A DNA stretch of 64,000 nt from Chloroflexota bacterium (GTDB taxonomy: Bacteria > Chloroflexota > Anaerolineae > Anaerolineales > Villigracilaceae). Every line of letters starts with the position of its first letter. Within the stretch, counting starts at the first letter, position 1. The position numbers and the translations under genes were made by a program. The notes below the pieces were generated by a model. The model had not been told where the DNA came from and did no database searches. It saw only the letters and a program-made list of their open reading frames with translations. This document shows, one piece after another, positions 36,081 through 44,888 of this stretch. The stretch spans positions 1 to 64,000 of the forward strand of contig JBBITF010000006.1 of NCBI GenBank assembly GCA_037440925.1. Direction: 5' to 3'.

Positions 36081-38450
36081 ATGGAAAACTTCCCCTCTCA
36101 GACTCCTCCCTCAGAACTTTCCCGTCGTGATTTCATCAAATTTGGCGCCGCTGCCGCCATCGCCGGCGTTGGACTGAACGCTTTGCAGCCAGCGCAGCAG
36201 GCTACCTCGGTGCAAGCGGCGGTGGGTGAAGAGACGATTGTTAAAACGACATGCGCCTTGTGCCCCTCAGGCTGCGGCCTGGATGTGCGCGTGGTGAACG
36301 GCAAGGCGGTGAAAGTGGAAGGCAACCCGCTGCACCCGCTCAACCAGGGCGTATGCTGCCTGCGGGGACAGACCTCGTTGGAGGTGCTGTATAGCCCAGA
36401 GCGCATCCAACGCCCGCGCGTCCAGATGGGCGAGCGCGGTTCGGGCGATTGGAAAGAAATCTCGTGGGACGAGGCGCTTGAACTGGCGGCTGGCAAACTC
36501 GGTGAACTGCGCGCCGCTGGAAAGCCTCATAGCGTTGCGCTCATGCATGGCGAACTGCGCGGGCAAATGCGCCAGACGGTGCAGCGTTTCATGCGCGCCT
36601 ATGGCTCGCCGAATGTCATTTCGCGCGAGAGTTTGGGCGAAGGCGCGGCCCGTATGGCTTTATGGCTTTCACAAGGCGTAAACGCGCTGCCGGTCTACGA
36701 CATCAACAACGCCAATTATGTGTTGACCTTTGGGGGCAACCTGCTCGAATCCAGCCGCAACTTGATTGGCTATCTGGGCGCGACGGCTTTCATGCGGCGC
36801 GGACGCCCACAGCGCGGCAAACTGGTGGCCGTCCACCCGCGCCTTTCTCTGACCGGCATCAAGGCCGACGAGTGGGTGCCAATCCGCCCTGGCACGTATG
36901 GCGCGCTGGCTTTGGGCATGGCCAATGTCATCATCAACAGCAAACTATATGACGAAGCCTTCGTGCGCGACTTTACCTTTGGCTTCGAGGATTTCGAGGA
37001 CGCCGAGGGGACGTTGCACAAAGGCTTCAAGTCGCTGGTGTTGGAAACCTATACCCTCGAGCGCGTCTCGGCTATTACGGGCGTCTCTACCGATAAGATT
37101 GCCCGCATTGCGGGCGAATTTGCCACCAACCGCCCGGCGGTCGCCATGCTGCCCACCGAGGCGGGCGAACTCTCTAGCGGCAATGCGCTGTACACGGCGC
37201 TGGCCGTCCATGCCTTGAATGCCCTGGTTGGCTCGATAGACGTCAAGGGCGGCGTCCTCTTGCAGCGCTTCCCTAAATTGGCCGACTGGCCTGACTACAC
37301 CCTCGATGCGACAGCCCGCCTGGGAGAAAGCCGCGAGCGCATAGACGGGGCCGGCTCCCAATTCCCCTTGGCGCTATCGGCCTATCAGAATGTGCCAGAG
37401 CGCATCCTGGAGGGCAAGCCTTACCCCATCGAGGCCCTCTTCTTGCTGAACGCCAACCCGCTCTACGACCTGCCCAATGGCGGGCGTACCCTGGAAGCCT
37501 TGCAAAAAGTACCTTTTGTGGTCAGTTTTGCCTCCACCCTCGACGAAAGCGCGGCCTATGCCGACCTGATTTTGCCGGCCAGCACCTTCCTAGAAGTGTG
37601 GGGCGACGATTACCTGGAAGGCACGGGCTATGCGGGCATCTCCCTGCGCCAGCCGGCTGTTGCGCCGCTCCACGATACGCGCAATCCCGGCGACGTGCTG
37701 CTCGACCTGGCGCACCGCATCGGAGGTAATCTGGCAAAAGCCTTCCCCTGGGAAACCTACCAAGACCTGATCATGCAGCGCCTGTCTACCCTGGATTGGG
37801 AGAAATTGCAGGCCAACGGCAACTGGTCCGAACTGGTCTATTTCAACGCCCAACCCGGCAGCCCCGCCTGGAGCGAGGTGGTCGGACGTGACCGCTTGAA
37901 CGCTCCCAAAGATGGACGCTTCGACTTCTTCTCGCGCGAACTCTTCGCCCTGCTCGCTTCGGACTCGGACTTGGCCTGCTTGCCCCACTTCGAGATTCCC
38001 CCCGCCCTGGCCGACACTGCCGAGGGCGCCCTCGACTATCCTTTCCTGCTGGTCGTACAGCCGCTCATCACCCAGTCGCAGCAATGGCAAGGCATCGTCC
38101 CCACCTTGCAGGAGAGTTACGGCTTGCAAGGGCATGTCAAGTGGGACAGTTGGGTAGAAATCAGCCAGAAGGCAGCCGAAGCCCTCCACCTCGAGGATGG
38201 GCAGCGCGTGTGGGTAGAATCGCCGCTCGACCGCGTGCAGGCCACCGTTAGGGTATATGCTGGCATCTGGCCGAATGCCGTCTTCCTGCCGCCTGGACAG
38301 GGCCATCACACCTTTGTGCGCTGGGGCCGCAAATCTGAGCAGAACATGGTCGTCGGCGCCAACCCGAATGTTCTGAGTTTGTTTACGAGCGAGCCGTTGA
38401 GCGGACTGGCCGTAGCCGGCCCCACCCGCGTCCGTATTTATCCGGTTTGA
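36081..38450 (+). CDS. Tat-exported molybdopterin (Mo-bisPGD) oxidoreductase-family large subunit (PsrA/PhsA/QrcB/ActB1-like)
   Basis: Tat signal SRRDFIKFGAAAAIAG. The FS0 motif is CALCPSGC-x26-C(C)LRG. Length is 789 aa. FeS and NrfD subunits follow. Confidence 0.9.
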   Translation: MENFPSQTPPSELSRRDFIKFGAAAAIAGVGLNALQPAQQATSVQAAVGEETIVKTTCALCPSGCGLDVRVVNGKAVKVEGNPLHPLNQGVCCLRGQTSLEVLYSPERIQRPRVQMGERGSGDWKEISWDEALELAAGKLGELRAAGKPHSVALMHGELRGQMRQTVQRFMRAYGSPNVISRESLGEGAARMALWLSQGVNALPVYDINNANYVLTFGGNLLESSRNLIGYLGATAFMRRGRPQRGKLVAVHPRLSLTGIKADEWVPIRPGTYGALALGMANVIINSKLYDEAFVRDFTFGFEDFEDAEGTLHKGFKSLVLETYTLERVSAITGVSTDKIARIAGEFATNRPAVAMLPTEAGELSSGNALYTALAVHALNALVGSIDVKGGVLLQRFPKLADWPDYTLDATARLGESRERIDGAGSQFPLALSAYQNVPERILEGKPYPIEALFLLNANPLYDLPNGGRTLEALQKVPFVVSFASTLDESAAYADLILPASTFLEVWGDDYLEGTGYAGISLRQPAVAPLHDTRNPGDVLLDLAHRIGGNLAKAFPWETYQDLIMQRLSTLDWEKLQANGNWSELVYFNAQPGSPAWSEVVGRDRLNAPKDGRFDFFSRELFALLASDSDLACLPHFEIPPALADTAEGALDYPFLLVVQPLITQSQQWQGIVPTLQESYGLQGHVKWDSWVEISQKAAEALHLEDGQRVWVESPLDRVQATVRVYAGIWPNAVFLPPGQGHHTFVRWGRKSEQNMVVGANPNVLSLFTSEPLSGLAVAGPTRVRIYPV

Positions 38451-38477
38451 TTGGAATTTTATATTTGGAGGTAGAAC

Positions 38478-39164
38478 ATGCCCCGCTGGGGAATGGTCAT
38501 TGACCTGGACAAATGCTTTGCCTGCCAGAGCTGCACCGCAGCCTGCCGCATGGAAAACAACACGCCTGTGGCCGGAAAGAACCAGGCCGATATGGGGCGC
38601 GCCATCCTGTGGAACGAGGTCTTGCCGTTCATAGAAGGCGAGTATCCCAATATCCACACCACCATGTTGCCGCGCCCGTGTATGCACTGCGACAACCCAC
38701 CCTGCGTTAAAGTCTGCCCGGTGCAGGCGACTTACAAAAACGAAGAAGGCATCGTGCTGGTGAACTACGATCGCTGTATTGGCTGCCGCATGTGCACTGT
38801 GGCTTGCCCTTATGCCGTGCGTTACTTCAACTGGTACCCCCCCGAATGGCCCGAGGAACTGAAAGCGCACTTGAATCCAGAACCGGAAGTGCAGCCTCGT
38901 CCTAAAGGCGTGGTCGAAAAATGTACCTTCTGCTTCCAGCGTTTGCGCAAAGCGCGTGAAGAAGCCGATGCAGAAGGTCGTCCTTTCAACGCCACTGACT
39001 ACACCCCTGCCTGCGTGCAAACCTGCACCGGCCACGCCCGCTACTTTGGCGACCTGGATGACCCGAACAGCCTGGTCTCTAAACTGGCGCATAGCCCGCG
39101 CGCCTTCCGTATGTTCGAAGAACTTGGCACACAGCCCAAAGTCTATTACTTGAAGCAAGGGTGA
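38478..39164 (+). CDS. 4x[4Fe-4S] ferredoxin-type electron-transfer subunit (PsrB/DsrO/QrcC/ActB2-like)
   Basis: Four Cys clusters: CFACQSCTAAC, CMHCDNPPCVKVCP, CIGCRMCTVACP, CTFC...CVQTC. It has no signal peptide of its own, so it would need to be co-exported with the Tat subunit. GGAGG RBS. Confidence 0.9.
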   Translation: MPRWGMVIDLDKCFACQSCTAACRMENNTPVAGKNQADMGRAILWNEVLPFIEGEYPNIHTTMLPRPCMHCDNPPCVKVCPVQATYKNEEGIVLVNYDRCIGCRMCTVACPYAVRYFNWYPPEWPEELKAHLNPEPEVQPRPKGVVEKCTFCFQRLRKAREEADAEGRPFNATDYTPACVQTCTGHARYFGDLDDPNSLVSKLAHSPRAFRMFEELGTQPKVYYLKQG

Positions 39165-39168
39165 TGAT

Positions 39169-40497
39169 ATGGAACCCAAGAATCAAAACGTACAGCAAAT
39201 CCTTGCTCCCGTGCGCCGCGTTTCGGCTGGCGATTACCTGCTGTGGGGCGTCTTGCTTGCCTTGTTGTTGACCGGCCTGGGCGCCTGGACGTGGCAATTC
39301 ATCGAGGGCTTGGGCATCACCGGCATGAACCGCCCGGTCTATTGGGGCGTATACATTACCAACTTCGTTTTCTTCATCGGCCTGGCGCATTCCGGCACCT
39401 TCATCTCGGCCATCTTGCGCATCGCCGGGCAGAGTTGGCGCGCCCCGCTCACCCGCGCTGCCGAAGCCATCACGCTTTTCAGCCTGCCCTTCGGTGCTGG
39501 CTCCATCATTATTGATATGGGGCACCCCGAGCGCATCCTCAATGTCATTTTCTATGGACGTTACCAGTCGCCCATCCTGTGGGATGTGACAGCCGTCAGC
39601 CTGTATATGCTCTCCAGCATCATCTTCTTCTACTTCTCGCTCATCCCCGACATTGCGATTTGCCGCGACCGCCTCACCGACGCTCCGCGCTGGCAGCGCC
39701 GCATGTACCAAATCCTGGCTCTGGGTTGGAAGCACCATCCTGAGCAATATCGCCGTCTGGAAAAAGTGCTGGATGGTATGGCCGTTTTCATGACCATGTT
39801 GGTCGTCACCGTTCACACTGTGGTTTCCTGGCTGTTTGGCATGACCGTCCAACCTGGCTGGCATACCGCCTTGATCGGGCCGTTCTTCCTGTTGGGCGCC
39901 ATCCTATCGGGAACGGCGGCGGTGGTGATCACCTTGGCCATCCTGCGCAAGGTCTATCATCTGGAAAATGTCTTGCATGTCGGCCTGTTCAACTCTTTGC
40001 GCAAACTGTTGATTACCTTTGTCCTGGGCTGGCTGTACATGATGATCGCCGAGCATCTCACCATTGGTTATAGCAGCATGACCGAAGAGATGGTCGTCCT
40101 CAACGACAAATTCAGCGGCACCTTCTCGTTGATTTTCTGGAGCATGGCTACCTTCGTGTTTGGTCTTCCTTTGCTCATCTTCCTCTTCAAAGGCAAGAAC
40201 AATATCGGTTGGATGGTGTTTGCCTGTGTCCTCATCAATATTGGCATGTGGCTGGAGCGTTACATTGTCATCATCCCTACCGAGGTTAGCCCGCGCATGT
40301 TGCATGTCATGGGACAGGGACACTACCTCCCCCAACTGCCTGAAATCCTCATCACGATTGCCTGTTTCGCTGGCCTCATCCTGCTCTACGCGGTCTTTAC
40401 TCGTTTCTTCCCCATTGTTCCCATCTGGGAGACGGCTCAGGAACTGCCCGGCCACGCGCATTCTCAGCCGGCTCCGGCAGCCGCAGCCAGCGATTAG
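39169..40497 (+). CDS. NrfD-family quinone-interacting membrane subunit (ActC/QrcD/DsrP-like, 442 aa)
   Basis: About 10 TM helices. WGVYITNFVFFIGLAHSGTFISAILR, SPILWDV, GWHTALIGPFFLLGAILSG and GMWLERYIVIIP resemble the ACIII ActC/ActF and Qrc style of NrfD proteins. Confidence 0.9.
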   Translation: MEPKNQNVQQILAPVRRVSAGDYLLWGVLLALLLTGLGAWTWQFIEGLGITGMNRPVYWGVYITNFVFFIGLAHSGTFISAILRIAGQSWRAPLTRAAEAITLFSLPFGAGSIIIDMGHPERILNVIFYGRYQSPILWDVTAVSLYMLSSIIFFYFSLIPDIAICRDRLTDAPRWQRRMYQILALGWKHHPEQYRRLEKVLDGMAVFMTMLVVTVHTVVSWLFGMTVQPGWHTALIGPFFLLGAILSGTAAVVITLAILRKVYHLENVLHVGLFNSLRKLLITFVLGWLYMMIAEHLTIGYSSMTEEMVVLNDKFSGTFSLIFWSMATFVFGLPLLIFLFKGKNNIGWMVFACVLINIGMWLERYIVIIPTEVSPRMLHVMGQGHYLPQLPEILITIACFAGLILLYAVFTRFFPIVPIWETAQELPGHAHSQPAPAAAASD

Positions 40498-40515
40498 CCC
40501 CTTCAGGAGGTTGAC

Positions 40516-40704
40516 ATGAACATTGGCGGTTTGGTTCACGCATATTTCGACAATGCCGGCCCGGGCGGAGTCTTTGTCTTGCTGGTTGTCGGCGTTGCCT
40601 GCACTACCTACTACCTCCTGGCCCGCTGGTTCGTAGCCGGCGGTAGAACAGAGAGCCAGGCAGTTCCTTCTACCGATGAACAACCTGTGAGCATGGACGA
40701 ATGA
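40516..40704 (+). CDS. 62-aa single-TM protein (ActD-like position)
   Basis: AGGAGG RBS, one TM helix (VFVLLVVGVACTTYYLL), and a 4-nt ATGA overlap with the next gene. Confidence 0.55.
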   Translation: MNIGGLVHAYFDNAGPGGVFVLLVVGVACTTYYLLARWFVAGGRTESQAVPSTDEQPVSMDE

Positions 40705-42791
40705 AACGACGAATTCTGCTTCCCTCCCTGGTCTTCCTGGCGGTCCTGACGCTGGCCGTCGGCTCCGTCTCCGCTTCCTCCCTCGACTTCAGCCTGCCTG
40801 CCTCGGCCGAAGGAGAGACTCTCGTCTCCGGCAATTACTGCGCCTCCTGTCATCTGACCGATGACCCGCGCCTGGCGTCTGCCACGGCTTGGAAAGGCGG
40901 CATCCAAAGCAAAGTCAACTCGCCCTGCCCGGCAGCCATCAAAATACACGAAGAACTATATTACACCGAACGGTTGCTGCTCATGATCGAACGCGCCGAA
41001 AACGCAGTTGGCCCCTTGCCCGAAAAGAGCCAGGCTCGTTTGGAGGACTATACCCAGCGTTACAGCCGTATGCTCGATACGCCTGTCGGCAGCCTGGACG
41101 CTTTCGTCAGTGAAGCCCAGTCAACTCGTTATCAGTTGAACAAGGCCTATGCTGCGCTCAATCAAATGGCGCAAGACGCCAAACAGCGCACAATCTTGAC
41201 GTATGCGGCGGCGATTACCTTGATTGTGCTTGGCTCATTGGCCTGGGGCGTGTACAACTCCCGCGCGCTGGCCTCTGGAAAGGTGAGCCGATCTTGGGGG
41301 CTATTCTGGCGTGTGCTGTTTATCGTGGCTGTTGTGGCGTTCTTTACCTTGCCTTTCTTCCGTGTGCCGGCCGAAGAGGTGGTGATGACCACTGCCGAAC
41401 AGCAGGAAGCCCAGGCAACCCTCGATGCCGCTCAACGCGCAGCCGACGCTGCCGACCGTTCGCAGGCGCGCGCCTGGATGTTAGCCCGCGTTGCGGCTGC
41501 CTATGCCGAAATGGACGCCGCCCAAGCCCAGGCTATCCTGGATGAAGCGCTGACCTCGCTCGACGTAGCCCGCAAGAACGAAGAAGCCCTGTGGGGGCAA
41601 AGCCTGGTCGTGCAAGAAGTGACGGTTGGCACCAAAATCGAAATGGAATCGGCCGGCCTCATCACCGCCGACCTGAACGCTGCCCGCGCCCGCGCCTGGG
41701 CCTTGCCGCTGGTTGCCCGGCAGTGGAACGCCCTCGATCCAATCAAAGCCGCCGCCCTCTTACAGGCCGAACAGGACGCCCTGATTGGCCAAGAAGGCCT
41801 CTACCGTGATTTACAATTGCGCGCCCTATCGCTGGCCTGGGTCGAAGTGAATCCTTCCAAGGCCGCCCCTGCTGCCGCCCAAATACAGGACGCTTCCCTG
41901 CGCGCCTGGACCTTCCGTGAACTGGCGGACCTGACCCACAACCCCTCACTCTATGACAAAGCCCTCCAGGCTGCGCGTGAAATCACGGACCCTGTCCAGA
42001 AAGCGCGCGCCCTGCGAGAGATTGCCCACTCTTCTGGCAAGAGCGCCCTTTTCGAGGAAGCCCTGACCGCGCTAGATGGCGTGACCGACCCCGCTTTGGC
42101 CTATGCCCTCAGCGACCTGGCCGCTGCCTGGGGCAACGCTTCTCTGGTCGAAAGAATCGCCTACCCCGATGCCCGCGCCAGCGCCTTGCTGCGCATGGGA
42201 GAATACCCCTCCGCTTGGGAGGCGGCGGCAGGCATCGCTGATCCTTACGAACAGGCGCGCGCCCAAGCCGCCATTGCTTCTGCCTGGGGCAATGCCGATG
42301 CCGCCATGCAGATTGCTGTCCCCTTATACCGCGATTTGGCATTGCGCGATGTCATCCGAAAAACGGGAAATACGTCACTGGCAGAGGCAATTACCTCCAA
42401 GTACTATAAAGTCCAGGCTCTAACTGCTCTAGGCGAGACCGAATCTGCCCTCCAAGTAGCCGCCGACCTGGGCGAAACCTACCCCTTGGTTGATTTGGCT
42501 GTCCATTTGTCCGCCTCCAATCCGCAGGCGGCGTTGGCCTTGGTCGAGCAGATGAAGCGCGAAAGCGACAAAGCCATTGCCTTGCAGGCTATTGCTGTTG
42601 CCTCGCAGGACCCGTCGCTCATCGAACAGGCGCAGGGCATGGCACTGGCCGCCCGCGTGCGCGGCGACTCGCTGGCCCCGGCCCAGGCTTTGCTCGATCT
42701 TGCAAATGCCCTTCTGGAAGTAGATGTCAAATACGCAGAAGCAGCCTTTCGTCAGGCGTATGAAGCGGCGCAGCGCATTGCAACCAAATGA
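40701..42791 (+). CDS. Monohaem cytochrome c domain + two TM helices + ~450-aa Ala-rich helical-repeat (HEAT/TPR-like) domain protein
   Basis: Signal peptide, a single CASCH, two TM helices (ILTYAAAITLIVLGSLAWGVY and LFWRVLFIVAVVAFFTLPFF), then repeated ~30-aa units of the form D-x-x-x-(R/K)A-x-AL-x-x-IA-x-x-W. Confidence 0.75.
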   Translation: MKRRILLPSLVFLAVLTLAVGSVSASSLDFSLPASAEGETLVSGNYCASCHLTDDPRLASATAWKGGIQSKVNSPCPAAIKIHEELYYTERLLLMIERAENAVGPLPEKSQARLEDYTQRYSRMLDTPVGSLDAFVSEAQSTRYQLNKAYAALNQMAQDAKQRTILTYAAAITLIVLGSLAWGVYNSRALASGKVSRSWGLFWRVLFIVAVVAFFTLPFFRVPAEEVVMTTAEQQEAQATLDAAQRAADAADRSQARAWMLARVAAAYAEMDAAQAQAILDEALTSLDVARKNEEALWGQSLVVQEVTVGTKIEMESAGLITADLNAARARAWALPLVARQWNALDPIKAAALLQAEQDALIGQEGLYRDLQLRALSLAWVEVNPSKAAPAAAQIQDASLRAWTFRELADLTHNPSLYDKALQAAREITDPVQKARALREIAHSSGKSALFEEALTALDGVTDPALAYALSDLAAAWGNASLVERIAYPDARASALLRMGEYPSAWEAAAGIADPYEQARAQAAIASAWGNADAAMQIAVPLYRDLALRDVIRKTGNTSLAEAITSKYYKVQALTALGETESALQVAADLGETYPLVDLAVHLSASNPQAALALVEQMKRESDKAIALQAIAVASQDPSLIEQAQGMALAARVRGDSLAPAQALLDLANALLEVDVKYAEAAFRQAYEAAQRIATK

Positions 42792-42812
42792 ACGATTCTG
42801 CGAGGTCATGCG

Positions 42813-43196
42813 ATGTTGAATGAATATACCGGTAAGCGCGTTCTTGTGATTGCCACCTTTGGTTCTGCTAACCCAGAGCGCGGCCCCGGTCCATTTGTCT
42901 TTGCCGGCGAAGCCGCCAGGGGCGGCGCTGAAGTCATGCTCATCTTTGTCTTGCAAGCGCCGCTGCTCCTCAAGCGGGGCGTTGCGGAGAAATTGTATGC
43001 CAAACAAGGCGGGCGTACCATCCGCGAATTCATTGATGATGCCCTGCGGCTTGGGGTAAAATGCTATGTGTGTGATACGGCGTTGCAACTTTGCGACATG
43101 ACGCCCGAAGACTTGATTGAAGAAGTGGACGAACTGGTCGGCCCCAGTTTCTTGATCAAACAAGGATTACAGGCTGATCTGGTTCTCTCTTTCTAA
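42813..43196 (+). CDS. DsrE/DsrF-like family protein
   Basis: 127 aa with a DsrE-fold pattern: KRVLVIATFGS..., central cysteines VKCYVCDTALQLC, and C-terminal FLIKQGLQADLVLSF. Confidence 0.65.
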   Translation: MLNEYTGKRVLVIATFGSANPERGPGPFVFAGEAARGGAEVMLIFVLQAPLLLKRGVAEKLYAKQGGRTIREFIDDALRLGVKCYVCDTALQLCDMTPEDLIEEVDELVGPSFLIKQGLQADLVLSF

Positions 43197-43215
43197 AAAA
43201 CCATTTGGAGGTAGT

Positions 43216-43416
43216 ATGTTCATCGTAACCATTGATATCCAAAAATGTAAAGCCTGCGGTGATTGCGTGGAAAATTGCCCTCAACAGGCCATTGCCATCA
43301 CCGAAGAAGGCGGCAAAAAGTATGCCATGTTTACCGGTAGTCCCGATGATTGTATTGGCTGCTTATCCTGCGAATCTTCTTGTGAAGAAGGCGCCATTAC
43401 CGTTACCGAGTACTAA
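43216..43416 (+). CDS. 2x[4Fe-4S] ferredoxin
   Basis: CKACGDCVENCP and CIGCLSCESSC. GGAGG RBS. Confidence 0.85.
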   Translation: MFIVTIDIQKCKACGDCVENCPQQAIAITEEGGKKYAMFTGSPDDCIGCLSCESSCEEGAITVTEY

Positions 43417-43463
43417 TCGCGCTGTTTTCTCCTCTTACGCTAACGGCTGGATGTATTCCCCTG

Positions 43464-44888
43464 ATGACTGCTCGAACCCGTCATGCGCCTCGTCTGGTCA
43501 TTGCGGCGCCCCAGGGTCGAAGTGGAAAAACCACCCTGACCTTGGGATTGTGCGCCGCATTCAAAGCGCGCGCGCTGACCATCCAGCCCTACAAAAAAGG
43601 ACCCGATTACATTGATCCCTCCTGGCTGAGTGAAGCCGCTGGAACCCTCTGCCGTTCCCTAGACCCTTTCTTTTACGAAAAGCCCGAAGAACTCTTACGG
43701 GCTTTTCTGCGCTCTGCTCCTCAAGATGGGGTGAGCCTGATCGAAGGCAATCACGGCTTGTTTGACTCCTTCGATGAAAGCGGACGAGGTAGCACGGCTG
43801 CGGTTGCGCGCACGTTGCAGGCTCCCCTCCTGTTGGTGATCAATGCCGCCCGCATGGGGCGCAGCGCCGCGGCCATCGTGCATGGCTGTCAAACCTTCGA
43901 GCCAGAAACGAACATCGCCGGCGTGGTTCTGAACAACGTAGCGCAAGGTCGCCACGAGGCCCGTATGCGCCAGGCCATTGAAAGTCGCTGCGGTGTGCCT
44001 GTATTGGGCGCCATTCCACGCGACGAAACCCTGACCATCCCCGACCGTCACCTGGGATTGGTGCCTCGCGCCGAACAAGACGCGCTTCTTCCCGCCATCA
44101 CAGCCTGCCGGCAGACTATCGAGCGCTACCTCGACCTCGATGCTGTCCTGGCTATAGCCCGGGCTGCGCCTGCTTTACCCGCTCCCTCTCCGGCCTCCTC
44201 CGCGGCCCAGCCGGTCTCGCATCGGCCGCTCATCGGCGTCCTGCGCGACCGTGCCTTTACCTTCTACTACCCTGAAAATTTAGAAGCCCTGGAAGAAGCC
44301 GGTGCCGACCTGCTCTTCCTGGACGCTTTGCGTGACGCCGAATTGCCCCCTGTAGACGCCCTCTACATCGGCGGCGGCTTCCCCGAAATATTCATGGACG
44401 AGTTGTCTGCCAACGTTTCTCTGCGCCGCGCCATCCGCGAAGCCATCGAAAACGACTTGCCGGTCTACGCCGAATGCGGCGGCCTGATGTACCTCTCCCA
44501 GCGCATTGTGTGGGGCGAAAAATCGGCCGAGATGGTGGGCGCCTTGCCCTGCGAAATCGAAATGACCTCCAAACCCCAGGGACATGGCTACGTAACTGCC
44601 CAGGTGGAGGCCGAGAATCCTTTTTTCTCGCCGGGCCTGCTCTTGCGTGGACATGAGTTCCACAACTCGCGGCTTGTAATGCTCCCTGGCAACCGCCTTG
44701 CAACGGCTTATCGCCTCTTGCGCGGCAATGGAGTAGGCGATGGCCGCGATGGGCTTCTTTACCGTAACACATTGGCTTCTTACACTCATTTGCATTCTGG
44801 CGGAGCGCCTGACTGGGCCGTTGGCCTGGTTCATCGGGCGCAGGTTTATCGAGAAAACCGCCTACAAGCAGAAATGGATAACAGATGA
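43464..44888 (+). CDS. dsrN: Cobyrinic acid a,c-diamide synthase family protein, DsrN (sirohaem amidase) by context
   Basis: P-loop APQGRSGKTTLTLGL with KKGPDYIDPSW, and a C-terminal glutamine-amidotransferase part (YAECGGLMYL, GHEFHNS). Located in the dsr operon. Confidence 0.85.
   Translation: MTARTRHAPRLVIAAPQGRSGKTTLTLGLCAAFKARALTIQPYKKGPDYIDPSWLSEAAGTLCRSLDPFFYEKPEELLRAFLRSAPQDGVSLIEGNHGLFDSFDESGRGSTAAVARTLQAPLLLVINAARMGRSAAAIVHGCQTFEPETNIAGVVLNNVAQGRHEARMRQAIESRCGVPVLGAIPRDETLTIPDRHLGLVPRAEQDALLPAITACRQTIERYLDLDAVLAIARAAPALPAPSPASSAAQPVSHRPLIGVLRDRAFTFYYPENLEALEEAGADLLFLDALRDAELPPVDALYIGGGFPEIFMDELSANVSLRRAIREAIENDLPVYAECGGLMYLSQRIVWGEKSAEMVGALPCEIEMTSKPQGHGYVTAQVEAENPFFSPGLLLRGHEFHNSRLVMLPGNRLATAYRLLRGNGVGDGRDGLLYRNTLASYTHLHSGGAPDWAVGLVHRAQVYRENRLQAEMDNR

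Noticed and set aside
37590-39179. 529-aa ORF on the - strand
   Set aside because: It is antisense to the Mo-family and FeS subunit genes. The sequence is low-complexity with no recognisable domain.
40611-40949. 112-aa - strand ORF and other short ORFs overlapping the small-peptide/haem-repeat gene junction
   Set aside because: It is antisense to two genes with strong RBS or translational coupling, and has no features of its own.
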